A DNA stretch of 64,000 nt from the human T2T-CHM13v2.0 reference genome, Homo sapiens. The notes beneath the pieces were generated by a model, which worked only from the letters and a program-made list of their open reading frames with translations, had not been told where the DNA came from and did not search any database. The stretch is from the NCBI RefSeq assembly GCF_009914755.1, contig NC_060928.1. One strand, written 5' to 3'. Of the stretch, positions 45,101 to 62,056 are shown one piece after another (the first letter of the stretch is position 1; every line of letters begins with the position of its first letter). Both the position numbers and the translations under genes were made by a program.

Positions 45101-46678
45101 CGTAAAAATGAATCTAGAAAATCCCTTACACTGACCATAAAATTTAACATATGTTTGAGTGTATAATCTATGCAGTAATTCTTCTGCACACAAAAACTTC
45201 CAAAATGAGGGATAAAAGGAAAGTCCCTATGCCAATGTCTGGGTGACAATCAGAGCCATGTGTCTTGAAGGGATTTGTCAAATTGCCAGGTGAGTGGAGG
45301 CTAGGGTGAGATGTCCAAGGGGCTCCTGCTTGCCCACAGGATTTACTCCATTCAGCCTTAATATTAAGCCTTGATGGCTTTAATATGTATCACTATGAGG
45401 ATTAAACCTGATAAGGAGTCACCTTTTCTGTATGTTATGGAGGGAAGGGCCAGATGCTGAAGTCAGGGAGCCCACTGCCCTTTTATCTTATGAATATGGT
45501 TTTATCTGATGTGAAAGGAGACTGGAGATTCATGGCAGTTTTCGGATTCAATTCCATCCTTTCGCAGTTGCTAGAGCTTCGTGCTTTAGCCATCCTGGAG
45601 TGGGGTTTGCTTAGAGAAGTTTTGATCCAGTAAAGAATTGCTTGATGAAGTCCTGTTTGGTTGGTTACTGCTCTCAGATCATGATGAACTACAGTGTGAC
45701 AGTAAAACCAGAATATCGTTTATGTTTGAAATTTAATTTCACATTATTCTGGGTTTTAGGAAGACTTTGCCCAACCATCTTAAGATGGTCACAGGGGAGA
45801 CTGCATAAGGCATAGTGCACTAGTGCAGTGTGTCACCATGATTGGGAAAAATATGCAAAATCTGGTGAGCAGTCTAAAGTCGATTATGCATCCAAAGTTC
45901 ATCATTAACTGTTTTTGGGCAAAGATGTAGTATTTCTGTCCATTGCTGTGAGCCTGCTGTACATTTCTCAGCCTTTCTTTTAATGAGATCCTTACTAATT
46001 TAAGGCCTATCCAGGGCCTTGTTTGTAACTTGTTTGTAACTCAGGGCATGAAGAACCTGTATGGTCAAAGCTGGTGCAAGATTTATCCTGAAACAATGGT
46101 TTAGTTGCCAGGAATGCTGACTTAAGTTCGAGCTCCAAATATTAGCAACCATCATGACCTGACTGAGCAATGAGATTTATTCCTGAAAATTCTATGAAGA
46201 GCTTCAGCTCCAAATGGTTTCCTGGGGGTCACAAGAGCACTTTCATTTGCCACACTGTTGAGCAAAAACGAAGTGATGGAGAGCATGATTCTATGGGCTC
46301 CATAAATTTTTGTGCTCTTCTCATTTTAATTTCACTTCATACCTCCAACCTAGAGTGCAGTGTAATAAACCCCTTTCCAATGGGCTGGCATTACATGGAG
46401 GCAGAGTAGCTGCCCCCCCGGCACACGCTGAATTACTCAGGAGTAGGAGTCTCTGCAGACGGCTCTCCAGCCAGCATCCTTGGCCAGCCTGCAATGCATC
46501 CTTCTTTCCTCCCACCTGTGTGTTCCCACCTTTTGAGTTGCCACCTCATTTCCGCAATGAGGATAATGGTCTTTCTCTCAGATGCTTGTGACCTCATGTA
46601 CGTAAGTGTGGAGTGCACTGTTTGAAAGCGAAGCTGCATATAAAAGTGTCACGTGACTTGTGTGTGGTGGTATGGTTA

Positions 46679-47059
<381 letters not shown>

Positions 47060-47679
47060 TCAAGTCTGCCAGTACAGAGGAATTGACTTACAGCAAGACA
47101 ATTGATTAACAATTCAAGAAGGGGCCAATATTAGTGTCATGTTAGTGCAACGGACGGGCTGCTCAGATGACTGGCTGAGTTTTTCTTTCTGCAAGGATGT
47201 GATTTAATGAAGCTTTCCGGGTAGAGCATGCCGTGTTGCCATGGAGTAATTTGTAGGTGGTATATGTGGAATTGTGTTTCAAATGCAACCCTACTGTGTA
47301 TGTATATATATATATTTGAAGAATGGTTCTTTTTTGTTAGTTTGTTTTGGGACACTTTAGTATAATTCAAGGGATCTCAGAGAAAATGCCCATGATCATT
47401 TTGCTCTTTCTAAAATAAATTATTGGGCTCTGATTTCTTCTTTTAAAATTAAGATTAATTTGTTAAAACATTTAAGTTGTGTAAATCATTCCCCACCCCC
47501 ACCTCTTTTCTTGAATTGCGTTTATAGTGCTTGTATTGTAGTAAATAAAAATTATTCACTGATTTAATTCATTTTTATTTCTCCTGGGTTTTTTTTTTTT
47601 GTGTGCTCCTTGTTTTCCTGTTATAGAATTGGTTCAGATTATAGTTTTTTCTGTCTCTTGTTTTTTAGTTCTGTCACTA

Positions 47680-48006
<327 letters not shown>

Positions 48007-48240
48007 TTAGAAACACACATACACAAAACATTTTTCACAAAGTGAGTTTTCCTACATAAGGAGTTATATTTTGTTATTGAGCCTGCTATATGGAAATATG
48101 GTTAACAGATAATAAGAATGAGAAATGAGAGCTTCCCCCGACTTTTCTCTGCCATTTGTATTGACCAATTTATCTTTGATTAGCTGCTCTATGTAAAAAG
48201 TAATGTCATGGCAGATAAAACTTGTTTCAGTCTTTGAAAG

Positions 48241-49231
48241 TGATGGCAGCAGCAGCTGTCTGGTGCGGCTGCCATCACGCCAGCCGCTGCAGGGCATGGG
48301 GAGGAGGCAGACAGCCCCCTCACTTTCCCCCACAGCTTGCAGCGGGGAGCAGCACAACAGGGGAGCAGGGAGATCAGGCAGAGAGGGATCTCGATGTGGA
48401 GCTGGGGGGTCTTAGGGACGGACCAGGCAGAAGCCCCGCCCTTGCTCCTACCCACTTCGCAGCTGCAGCCGCCCAAACCAGTGGCTGCAGACTTAGATAT
48501 TCCTGCACTCTTGGGGGCCTGGGAAGGCTCCCCTGCTTTTGCAGTCTTGGAAGTCCCTGCTCCTGCTGCCTGACTTCTCCCTACTGTTGGCACCAGCTCT
48601 GATCTTGGAGCAAAGTCTGGCCAAGCCTGGGTGCCATGAATGGCAGGAGGCAGATTCCTGGGTGGAAGGGGCCAGGGAGGGCCGGAAGGCTGCAGGAGGG
48701 GCTGCCAGATCCACCCACTGGAGTGTGGACTTGTGGTGCCTTTTCTGGGCCTCCCCATGGACCAATTGGCACATACTTCCTACCCTATGAGGTCCATAAA
48801 CGCAACCCCCACCCCGCTCCCCAGCTCAGCCAGGGCAGATCAGAGGATGGAGAGTCACTAGAGGACCAGCTGCAGAGAAGAGCTATCCTATCTGTGGAGA
48901 GCTGGGAAGATGATGGGACCACCAGCTGCAGAGAGGAGCTACAGTATCTGCTGAGAACTGAGCACACGTTGGGAGGAGGCTCCTCTCTGCTGAGAGCTGC
49001 AGAGTTGATGGGACAACCTTCCTGCAGAAAGGAGCCACCCACTGTGGCTCTCCTCTGAGCTGTTCCAGCACTCAATAAAACTCCTCTTTGTCCTGTTCAC
49101 CCTTCATTTGTCTAAATACCACATTCTTCCTGGATTCTTCCAGGAAGAATCCAGGACGTAGGACAAGAACTCAGGCAAAGGTGCCACTGGACACCCCAAA
49201 GAAAAAGCAACACCCCAAAGATCCCAAAACA
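48241..49231 (+). mobile_element. ERV1 solo LTR, MER52/LTR1/LTR28-like
   Basis: tgatggcagc start, GC-rich U3, ggaccaattggc, ccataaa, repeated agctgcagagaggagc units, ctcaataaaactcctc, and end ccccaaagatcccaaaaca. Flanks aaag/taag. Confidence 0.8.
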
Positions 49232-49842
49232 TAAGGACATGTTGTTCTAATAGCACAGACCAGGCATGCATTTCCATTTGGTATCTGAGTGGAACTTACC
49301 ATTCCATGAAAGCAGACTTGATAGAATGTGTAACTACCCTGTCCGTTTCAGGCCACGTGGTTGATAATGTACATCTTGGCCAGGTGTTTTTATTGTAAGT
49401 CATTTCAAGCCTTTTTTGGAAACAGGGATGCCAATGAAATAAGTACAGTAAATAAACAAGGATATATGGACAGTTTTTTTTCTTTTTCTTCTCAGCGTCA
49501 GCACAGTATTCACCCTGAAGATGGAGAGTCATAGGTTTGAGGATCAGTATCAGGGGCATTCTGGATCATCTTTCAGAGTGGCAGTCCAAGCTAAAAGCCC
49601 AGTTCCGCCGCACAGGGTACATGAGCCAGCTGAGGCAATGTTTGGCTGAGAACAAGAAAAATGACTCAAAGAAAGTCAGTGTGGACACCTAAAGCCAGGA
49701 CGATGTTCCAACAAGCTGATGATTTATAGAGCATTGGTGCAACCAGCCTTCTACCTCATGCAAAACCCAGGGAGTAGCCTCATATGGACCCTTTTGCTAC
49801 TTTTTAACTGGCCTCCACCACCGGCCACACTTAAGTTTAAAT

Positions 49843-50250
<408 letters not shown>

Positions 50251-50417
50251 AATTAATTAATTGGTGAATGAGAATTTACTTAGAGTCCTCTGCATGAGTT
50301 TCTCCCCAATCTGCAAGTCTAATGGGGTGACTACCTCTGACTACTTATGTTGGATTTCACGTATGTGTTTATATATATAAAATATTGAGATAAACGCAGT
50401 GTATTTTGATTGATAGG

Positions 50418-50940
50418 TGTTATTAGTCTGCTAGGTTTGCTGGAACAAAGTACCATAAAGAGGTTGCACCCAAGAATCTTCCAGAATCCTACTGGTGCTA
50501 ACTCTCCATAGGTTGGTTATTGTCATTCTGTCCCCCCAAAATTCATGTTGATATCCTAACCCCAAGAAGCTTAGAATGTCAGCTTATTTGGATATAAGGT
50601 TGTTGCAGATGTAATTAGTTATGATGTGGTCATGCTGGAGTAGGGTGGGCCCTTAAATTCAATATGACTGGTGTTCTGATAAAATGGGAATATGTGGACA
50701 CAGATGCGGCTCAAACAACAGAAATGTCTGACAGGTCTGGAGGCTAGAAGTCAAAGATGAAGGTGTCTGCAGGGCCATGCTCCCGCTGAAGGCACTAAGG
50801 AATCATCTGTTCCAGGATTCTCTCCCAGCTTCTGGTAGTTCCTTGTCTTGTGGCAGCAAACTCCAGTCTTCACACAGCATTCTCCCTTTGTGTGCATCTG
50901 TGGATGTCGACGTGAATTTTGAGGGGACATAATGACAATA
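50418..50940 (-). mobile_element. MLT1B-like MaLR LTR, rearranged
   Basis: Pieces homologous to the intact MLT1B at 63145-63580 occur in both orientations (see findings). Confidence 0.8.
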
Positions 50941-50941
50941 A

Positions 50942-51317
<376 letters not shown>

Positions 51318-51677
51318 TGACCCCTCTCCTCCTCTCTGTCTCTCTGAATCTCCCCATCATCCCAGCTCCAGCTCACCTTATCATCATTAGGAAATCTTTG
51401 TTCTCACTGGCAGGGACCTTGCCCAACTCTGCACTTGCAATCTTGACCACCAACCTCTAGTAATTTGGTTCATTCTGTCTCCTTATTTTTTTCTAGCTGA
51501 TATTTAAAGCATAGCCACCATATGTTATCTATCATGCCATGCATTTACTAGGTTCCTGGCATTTATAAATTGAGCACTTTCTGGTTTTATTAAGAAAAGG
51601 AACTCCGATACTTAGGCACATGAAACTTTTCCACCTTCAGATTAATCACCTTAATTAATCTTAAGAGTGGATATGTA

Positions 51678-51961
51678 GGCCAGGCAGGGTGGCTCATGCC
51701 TGTAATCCCAGCACTTTAGGAGGGCGAGACAGGCGGATCATGAGGTCAGGGGTTCGAGACTAGCCTGGCCAATATGGTGACACTCCGTACAAAAATTAGC
51801 CAGACGTGGTGGCGCGTGGCTGTAGTCCCAGCTACTCAGGAGACTGAGGCAGAAGAATCAGTTGAACCCAGGAGGCGGAGGTTGAAGTAAGTCGAGATCG
51901 CGCCACTGTACTCCAGCCTGGTGACAGAGTGAGACTCTGTCTCAAAAAAAAAAAAAAAAAA
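51678..51961 (+). mobile_element. Alu (AluS-like)
   Basis: Dimer with A tail. TSD-like agtggatatgt / agtggatgtgt. Confidence 0.93.
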
Positions 51962-52332
51962 GTGGATGTGTGAACGTGTTGGGGTGGAGTTGAGCAGTGA
52001 GGTAGCAATGAGTCTGTTAATTATTGAGTACTCAGCTGACTATACATTGTCCAAAAAGCAAACCAGCCGCCATTTTCCACTTTGATAACATAAGCAAATT
52101 GCTGGGAATGTATATTCAATCATGTATTTGGGAATTTGAGAGTTTCCAGGGACATCAGACTCTATTGGGCCTGTCTCTGTGACAAGGTTATGTGTGAAGG
52201 CAAGAACCTTTTCTTTTACTTCTTAAAGCCCAGCATAATTCTGGGGACAGAGGCATGCTTATTAATGCATTACATTAGCATTAGTGAAGCCAGAGATTTC
52301 CTTAATGTAAATAAAGTAAATAAAGAAAAATG

Positions 52333-52632
52333 TGGCCAGGCACAGTGGCTCACACCTGAAATCCCAGCACTTTGGGAGTCTCAGGCAGGCGGATCACTGG
52401 AGGTCAGGAGTTCGAGTTCAGCCTGGCCAACATGGTGAAACCCTGTCTCTACTAAAAATACAAAAATTAGCTGGGCGTGGTGGTGGGCGCCAGTAATCCC
52501 AGCTACTCAGGAGGCTGAGGCAGGAGAAGGCTTGAACCCAGGAGGCAGAGGTTGCAGTGAGCCAAGATCACGCTACTGCACGCTAGTCTGGGAGACAGAG
52601 TGAGACTGTCTCAAAACAGAAAAAAAGAAAAA
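52333..52632 (+). mobile_element. Alu (AluS-like)
   Basis: Full dimer with TSD aaagaaaaatgtg. Confidence 0.94.
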
Positions 52633-52732
52633 TGTGTTCTTACTGTAATAGACTCAGTAAATATTTTGCAACTAAACATAAATTTACTATAATTACCAAG
52701 TGGAGTTTGTCATTTTAATTTTGAATAGTATG

Positions 52733-53421
<689 letters not shown>

Positions 53422-53901
53422 GTATGTGACATATGCTTTTAAATGTTATAAAAATTGCAACCATACATTAACCGTTCTAAAACATTGAAAGTAATATTTC
53501 TTTAGAGTGAATGAAAACTTATACATTTGAAAAAAATGAATGAGACTTCTGAGGTATGTAATATAAAATTATACAGGCCTGACATAGGAAGGCAAAATAA
53601 ATTAAATATCTTAATTGGAAAATTGATATTTAACTGTATTTGCCCCCCTATGACTTAAGAGTAGTCTAGACATTATACTTTTCTATCTAGTGTGCTGAAA
53701 TATGTCTTGATGGTAAATTCAAGTAATAGCTACACGTGTCTTGTATTTTTGCAGTTAGTTGAATGAACAGGTTTAGTTATCATTAGTCATAGAACTCCAG
53801 GCCACGGTATGATTAAATAATATTCAATTTATAATTCATTCTAAATATGAGTTTTATATTTAGATTCCTGTTGAGATATCACATAGAATAAAATAATTTA
53901 G

Positions 53902-55779
53902 CTCTCCCTCTCCCTCTCTCCCTCTCTCCCTCTCCCCACAGTCTCCCTCTCCCTCTCTTTCCACGGTCTCCCTCTGATGCCGAGCCGAAGCTGGACTGTA
54001 CTGCTGCCATCTTGGCTCACTGCAACCTCCCTGCCTGATTCTCCTGCCTCAGCCTGCCGAGTGCCTGCGATTGCAGGCGCGCGCCACCACGCCTGACTGG
54101 TTTTCGTATTTTTTTGGTGGAGACGGGGTTTCGCTGTGTTGGCCGGGCTGGTCCCCAGCTCCTAACCGCGAGTGATCCGCCAGCCTCGGCCTCCCGAGGT
54201 GCCGGGATTGCAGACGGAGTCTCGTTCACTCAGTGCTCAATGGTGCCCAGGCTGGAGTGCAGTGTCGTGATCTCGGCTCACTACAACCTCCACCTCCCAG
54301 CCGCCTGCCTTGGTCTCCCAAAGTGCCGAGATTGCAGCCTCTGCCCGGCCGCCACCCAGTCTGGGAAGTGAGGAGCGTCTCTGCCTGGCCGCCCATCGAC
54401 TGGGATGTGAGGAGCCCCTCTGCCTGGCTGCCCAGTCTGGAAAGTGAGGAGCGTCTCTGCCCAGCCGCCATCCCATCTAGGAAGTGAGGAGTGTCTCTGC
54501 CCGGCCGCCCATCGTCTGAGATGTGGGGAGCGCCTCTACCCTGCCGCCCGGTCCGGGATGTGAGGAGCATCTCTGCCCGGCCGCCCTGTCTGAGAAGTGA
54601 GGAGACCCTCTGCCTGGCAACCGCCCCATCTGAGAAGTGAGGAGCCCCTCCGCCCGGCAGCCGCCCTGTCTGAGAAGTGAGGAGCCCCTCCGCCCAGCAG
54701 CCACCCCGTCTGGGAAGTGAGGAGCGTCTCCGCCCGGCAGCCACCTCGTCCGGGAGGGAGGTGGGGGGGTCAGCCCCCCGCCCGGCCAGCCGCCCCGTCC
54801 GGGAGGGAGGTGGGGGGGGTCAGCCCCCCGCCCGGCCAGCCGCCCAGTCCGGGAGGTGAGGGGCGCCTCTGCCCGGCCGCCCCTACTGGGAAGTGAGGAG
54901 CCGCTCTGCCTGGCCGGCCGCCCCGTCCGGGAGGGAGGTGGGGGGGTCAGCCCCCTGCCCGGCCAGCCACCCCGTCCGGGAGGGAGGTGGGGGCGTCAGC
55001 CCCCCGCCCGACCAGCCGCACCGTCCGGGAGGTGAGGGGCGCCTCTGCCCGGCCGCCCCTACTGGGAAGTGAGGAGCCCCTCTGCCCGGCCAGCCACCCC
55101 GTCCGGGAGGGAGGTGGGGGGGGGGTCAGCCCCGCGCCCGGCCAGCCGCCCTGTCCGGGAGGTGAGGGGCGCCTCTGCCTGGCTGCCCCTACTGGGAAGT
55201 GAGGAGCCCCTCTTCCCGGCCACCACCCCGTCTGGGAGGTGTACCCAACAGCTCACTGAGAACGGGCCATGATGACAATGGCGGTTTTGTGGAATAGAAA
55301 GGGGGGAAAGGTGGGGAAATGATTGAGAAATCGGATGGTTGCCGTGTCTGTGTAGAAAGAGGTAGACATGGGAGACTTTTCATTTTGTTCTGTACTAAGA
55401 AAAATTCTTCTGCCTTGGGATCCTGTTGATCTGTGACCTTACCCCCAACCCTGTGCTCTCTGAAACATGTGCTGTATCCACTCAGGGTTGAATGGATTAA
55501 GGGCGGTGCAAGATGTGCTTTGTTAAACAGATGCTTGAAGGTAGCATGCTCGTTAAGAGTCATCACCACTCCCTAATCTCAAGTACCCAGGGACACAAAC
55601 ACTGCGGAAGGCCGCAGGGTCCTCTGCCTAGGAAAACCAGAGACCTTTGTTCACTTGTTTATCTGCTGACCTTCCCTCCACTATTGTCCTGTGACCCTGC
55701 CAAATCCCCCTCTGCGAGAAACACCCAAGAATGATCAATAAAAAAATAAAATAAAATAAAATAAAATAAAATAAAAAAA
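53902..55779 (+). mobile_element. Full-length SVA retrotransposon (SVA_D-like)
   Basis: (CCCTCT)n hexamers, antisense Alu-like domain, GC-rich VNTR (~54340-55240), SINE-R (~55240-55736), AATAAA at 55737 and an (AAAAT)n tail. Confidence 0.97.
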
Positions 55780-55844
55780 GAGTTCCTCCTGCCTTGTCCT
55801 CCTAAAGTAGTTGGGATTACAGGTGTGAGCCACCGCACCTGCCC
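55780..55844 (-). mobile_element. Short Alu 5'-end fragment abutting the SVA tail
   Basis: gagttcctcctgccttgtcctcctaaagtagttgggattacaggtgtgagccaccgcacctgccc. Confidence 0.85.
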
Positions 55845-56127
55845 TAAATTTTTTTTAATTTGGTGTCCTGAGATAAGAAAATGTTTCACCATTTGTTAAA
55901 ATTTTCTTTTGTATCATTTACAAAATTGTTCATTAATTTCTAATAGATACATTCAATGTTTTTTATACTGAGACAAAAAGGAATTTTGAATTTTTTGCAA
56001 TAAATTGCATTTTAGTTGTGAATTTGGCATTTAAAAAATCCATTCTAATAAATTTTCAGTACAATTTAAAAAAAATAATTTACTGTAATTCTTTCTGCAA
56101 GCTTTTAAAGAAATTATATGAGGTAAG

Positions 56128-56145
56128 ACTGCCGCCTGCTGGTCA
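56128..56145 (-). promoter_or_regulatory. CTCF-like motif
   Basis: Reverse complement TGACCAGCAGGCGGCAGT is close to the CCASYAGRKGGCR core and sits in AT-rich surroundings. Confidence 0.5.
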
Positions 56146-56690
56146 AGATGTGTTGCTCATTTACATTTCAAACTTGTTTTTCACGATAGCATAGGATGTG
56201 ATAAATCCAATTCAAAGCAATCCAACATACAGACTTTTGAGATGTCCTAGGTTGTCACAAATTATTGATGCTTGGACATTCTAACAATTATCATTCCCAC
56301 AAGCCTTTCGTGTTTATCCTTCCCTCTTGATGACTGTTGATAACAAATCTCTGGCTGCATATTTCTGAGTCTTTGAAATGTACAACTTAGGGGCTAAGTT
56401 GCATTTATGCTCCTTTCTCTTGAGCAATGTGAGCTAAGCATCCATCTGTAGGTGAGAGATCTCTAAGTGTTGCTGAACCTGCTGCATAACTGCACTCCTC
56501 TACCTTATCTTTTTCTGACGACATCTCACAAACATATTGGCAATGCTGCTTTGTCCTCTTCTGGAACCCCAGCATAAAGATGTCCCCCACTCCTCTCACT
56601 GGCTCTGAGCCCAGCCCCAAGGTCACCCATCACTCAGGTGATCCTCAGCTCAGCCCTAAGGTGACACAGTCTTGTATCATGACTCCAGGG

Positions 56691-57177
56691 GAGCAGTTCC
56701 CAACCTTTTTGGCACGAGGGACTGGTTTTGTGGAAGACAGTTTTTCCATGAACCGGGGTTGGGGGGATGGTTTTGGGATGATTCAAGTGCATTACATTTG
56801 TTGTGCACTTTATTTCTATTTTTATTACGTTGTAATATATAACAAAAAGTTAGACAAGTCACCGTAATGTAGAATCTGGGAGCCCTGAGCTTGTTTTCCT
56901 GAAACTAGATGGTTCTACCTGGGCATGATGGGAGACAGTGACAGATCATCTGGCATTAGATTCTCATAAGGAGTGTGCAACCTACATCCCTCACATGTGC
57001 AGTTCACAATAGGGTTCACGCTCCTGTGAGAATCTAATGCCCCTGCTGATCTGAGAGGAGGCGGAGCTCAGGCAGTAATGCAAGTGATGGGGAGCAGCTG
57101 TAAATACAGATGAAGCTCGCCTCCTGCTGTGCAGCCCAGTTCCTACTGGGCCATGGACTGGGGGTTGGGCAACCCTG
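56691..57177 (+). mobile_element. MER1A (hAT-Charlie)
   Basis: cccaacctttttggcac...gcattagattctcataaggag...ggggttgggcaaccctg, with 8-bp TSD ctccaggg / ctctaggg. Confidence 0.88.
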
Positions 57178-58573
57178 CTCTAGGGGACAGATAACTGAGT
57201 TTGAAGGCCTGCTCTACCCCTGACCACCTCAATTACTCATTTTGGTTGTGATGAGCATGCACTCCTATAATAAGTAAAAAATAAGTTGTTATAAACATCC
57301 TTCCCTAAATGCTTCAACCACCAACCTGCCCTGACCTGAGGCTGATGCTGAGTTCCAAGGGGGCTCAGGTCTAAGAAACAAAGTTCAGATGCAAGTTCTT
57401 GGGTGTCAGTTTCAGTTCCCAGACATTGCTCCACCTTCTCCTTATTCCCAAGAATACCAAATTATGCACATCCTGTCTGCTCTCCCCAAACTTACTGAGC
57501 ATGTTGAAATTAAATTGTACCCTGACAACTTGAAAATCCTTTTCATGATTAAACAAATATTTATGGAACACTTTCCAGGTAGCAAGAACTTGCTAAATAC
57601 TGCATTTAAAAAGATGAATGTGCTTTCCAAATGCTTAATTTGCACCATGAACACTGCTTATTCAGGACTGCCAAGAGAGACCCATCCAGCAGAGGTATCT
57701 ATCAACTCTATTGAGGAAAAAAAGGCAAACACAAGAAATTTCAGGCACGTGAAGTTTGTAAGACCAAGAAAGGTAAAAAAGAAATCTTGAGAAATTCAAA
57801 TGTGACATTATGTAATAGCCAGGAAAGTTACTTTGTTGTTGGGATTAAAATAGTTAAGAGATTTTTGTGAACTTCTTCTGGACATGGGCTCTTTTCCTGA
57901 TCTTGTATTTCCAGCACCTCTCACAGTAGCTGCATATAGTTAGCACTTAATTAACATTTATTGAACTAATTGCCTCACTTGCTCTTGCTTACTGAAACAG
58001 TCATAATCATTATCCCCTTCATCTAGCAAATACAAAGTTAGGCGGAATGCGCACAGACTAAGTAAGAAACAGACAAGTGAAGCTGGAGAAGCTTCAAATG
58101 TTTGGAGGACGCCTGGGGCATTTCTCCCCAGGCTCCAGATGAATTCTGTGGTGCTAACTGTGATGCAGGAAACTTGGAGTCCCTGGGATTGCAAAGTCTG
58201 TCTGCCAAGGAAGGAGGTCTTCAAAGTACATGAGAAAGGAAAACGAGAATGAAAAATGGATTTGGCAATAAAGATGAGGGAGAAAGTCATGCGTCACATC
58301 TCGGTGAACCTTTTAACTGCTGATAATAGACATGTATAGCAGAGTCTTCTAAGGCTCACAAATAACAACAATGACGCTATGTGCTTTGCATGCATTACCT
58401 AAGTTAATGTTCAAAACAACTGGAAGCAGATTTGCCCCATTTTACAAATGAGGAGGAAACCGAGGTTCCGGGAGGTTGCTAGCTGCTCGGTGCAAGAGGC
58501 CTAGATTTCTGCGTATCTCAGCTTTCAACATGCCTTTCTCACTAAGCTTAATTATTTCTAGCTTTTGATTTAA

Positions 58574-58908
<335 letters not shown>

Positions 58909-58918
58909 TATTGTAGGA

Positions 58919-59282
<364 letters not shown>

Positions 59283-59802
59283 TAGGATTCTTAATTGGCC
59301 TAATTTCAATATTGTTGCGTCTCAGAAAATAGGGAGGCCTGAGGAGAGAGATGGGGAAATGTCTGGTGTGTGAAACAGAACACACATAACATTTATTGAT
59401 GAAGTTTGCTATCTTACAGGGGCACAGTTCATGGCAACCCCCAAAATTATAATAGTAATGTCAAAGACAATTATCAAGCAGCATAACATATATAATAATA
59501 ATTAAAAAGTGAAATATTGTGAGAATTACCCAGATGAGACACAGAGACGCAAAGTGAAGGCATGTGGTTGGAAAAATGGTGCTAATGCAGAAGGTTGCCA
59601 CGAACCTTCCATTTGTAAGAAATGCAGTCTCTGAAAAGTGTTATAAAGTAAAGCTCAATAAAGTGAGGCAGCCCTGCACATGCCTTGTTTTCTCTGCTGC
59701 TGCCATGCTGGTCTCCTGCCTGTTCCTGGGCTGCTGAATTGAGGAGGCTCAAACTTGCTTTAGGGCCTTGCTCTTCCCTCAGCCACCACTTGTCTAACAT
59801 GA

Positions 59803-60274
<472 letters not shown>

Positions 60275-60604
60275 TATTATGCTTATTACTTATGGGCTTT
60301 CCCCATATTCGAATGTAAGCTCCACGATAACAAGGACCTATTCACTGATAGTTCACAAACACTCAGAACGATTCCTGGCAATGTGGGCATCCATACATAC
60401 AGTTTGAATAAACATATCCTTTTGTTCGCAAATAAAAATGGGATTGTATTGTAGAAACTGCTTTATAAAGACTCTTTGGCCTCATATTTTTTGAATGTAT
60501 TCTCATGTCAACAGACATACGATTCAAATATTTTTCTATCCGCATCATGGGCTACTACTGAATACCAGTTTTCGTCAGTTAATGTTTAATCAATCAAGCA
60601 ATTA

Positions 60605-60997
<393 letters not shown>

Positions 60998-61825
60998 ATA
61001 AAGTGTACAATTCCATGGCAACACATATCTATTGAGAGCAAGACATCTGCACTGCAATCGGTTCTGAGGTTACAGCTGTGAAGATACAGTGCTTGCCCTC
61101 ACAGAGATTATGGTCTGTGGGGAGAAGGGGACAGGCAGAAATTAATAAATACTTGCACAGATAATTACTTCTTAGTGTGGTAAGTGCTACACAGGAAAAG
61201 AGACGGCGTGTCCTATGTGTAATTAACAGAAGACCCTAACTAGTCTTAGGGCCCAGGGCAGGGTCCTGCCAGGAAGTGGAATTTACGCTGAGCCCTGTAG
61301 GATGAGTAGGAGTCAGGCAGGCGAAGGGAGAACGGCTGGTGGGGGGACTGGAATGTTGTTGTGGATGGATATGTAGGTTGTTTAATTATTTCACTAATAA
61401 ATGCTGTAATGAAGGGCCTTAAATTATTTCCTTAAGGCAAATCCCTAGAACTGATATTGCTAGGTCTAGATGTATGCAGATCCATCCTCCCTTCCTCTCT
61501 TTTTTTTTTCTTTTTTCTTAAACCTTTCCTATGTATCACATTGCTGGAAGGGTGGTGGTTTAGGTGTCTAGGGAATTCCAAGTCCCCTACTATTTTGCTG
61601 CTTCCTTCTCAAGATGATTCAGACAGGATTCCAGGAGCCTTGGAAAATAAGACCCTATGGGAAATCTTTGCAAACTGAGGCTGGCAGGTAGCTGCAATGC
61701 CTCAAGTATAAAGAGCATCGAAAATGCTGAACATTCAAATCAGGTTCCAGTAGATCTGAAGTGTAGTGAGAAATCTTCTCATTCTCCCCCTCCCCCTCCC
61801 CCCTCCTTCTTCTTCCAGTCTCCCT

Positions 61826-62056
61826 TTGGAGTGCAGTGCTGCGATCTTGGCTCACTGCAACCTCTGCTTCCTGGGTTCAAGCAATCCTCCCACCTCAGCC
61901 TCCTGTGTGTGCACCGCCACACCCAGCTAATTTTTTTTGTTTTTGTTTTTGTTTTGTACAAAAGAGTTTTCCCATGCTGGCCAGAGAGCTCAAGCGATCG
62001 CCTGCTTTGGCCTCCCAAAGTGCTGGGATTACAGACATGAGACACCACACTTTGCC
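61826..62056 (-). mobile_element. Degenerate Alu with internal deletions
   Basis: ggagtgcagtg...gctcactgcaacctctg...cctcccaaagtgctgggattaca. Confidence 0.85.

Noticed and set aside
48064-49075. Cluster of 60-189 aa ORFs
   Set aside because: GC-rich solo LTR sequence with no gag, pol or env similarity.
54017-55734. Many ORFs and repeat-spacer-like periodicity
   Set aside because: These are the SVA Alu-like domain, VNTR and SINE-R. There are no unique spacers or cas genes, so it is not a CRISPR array.
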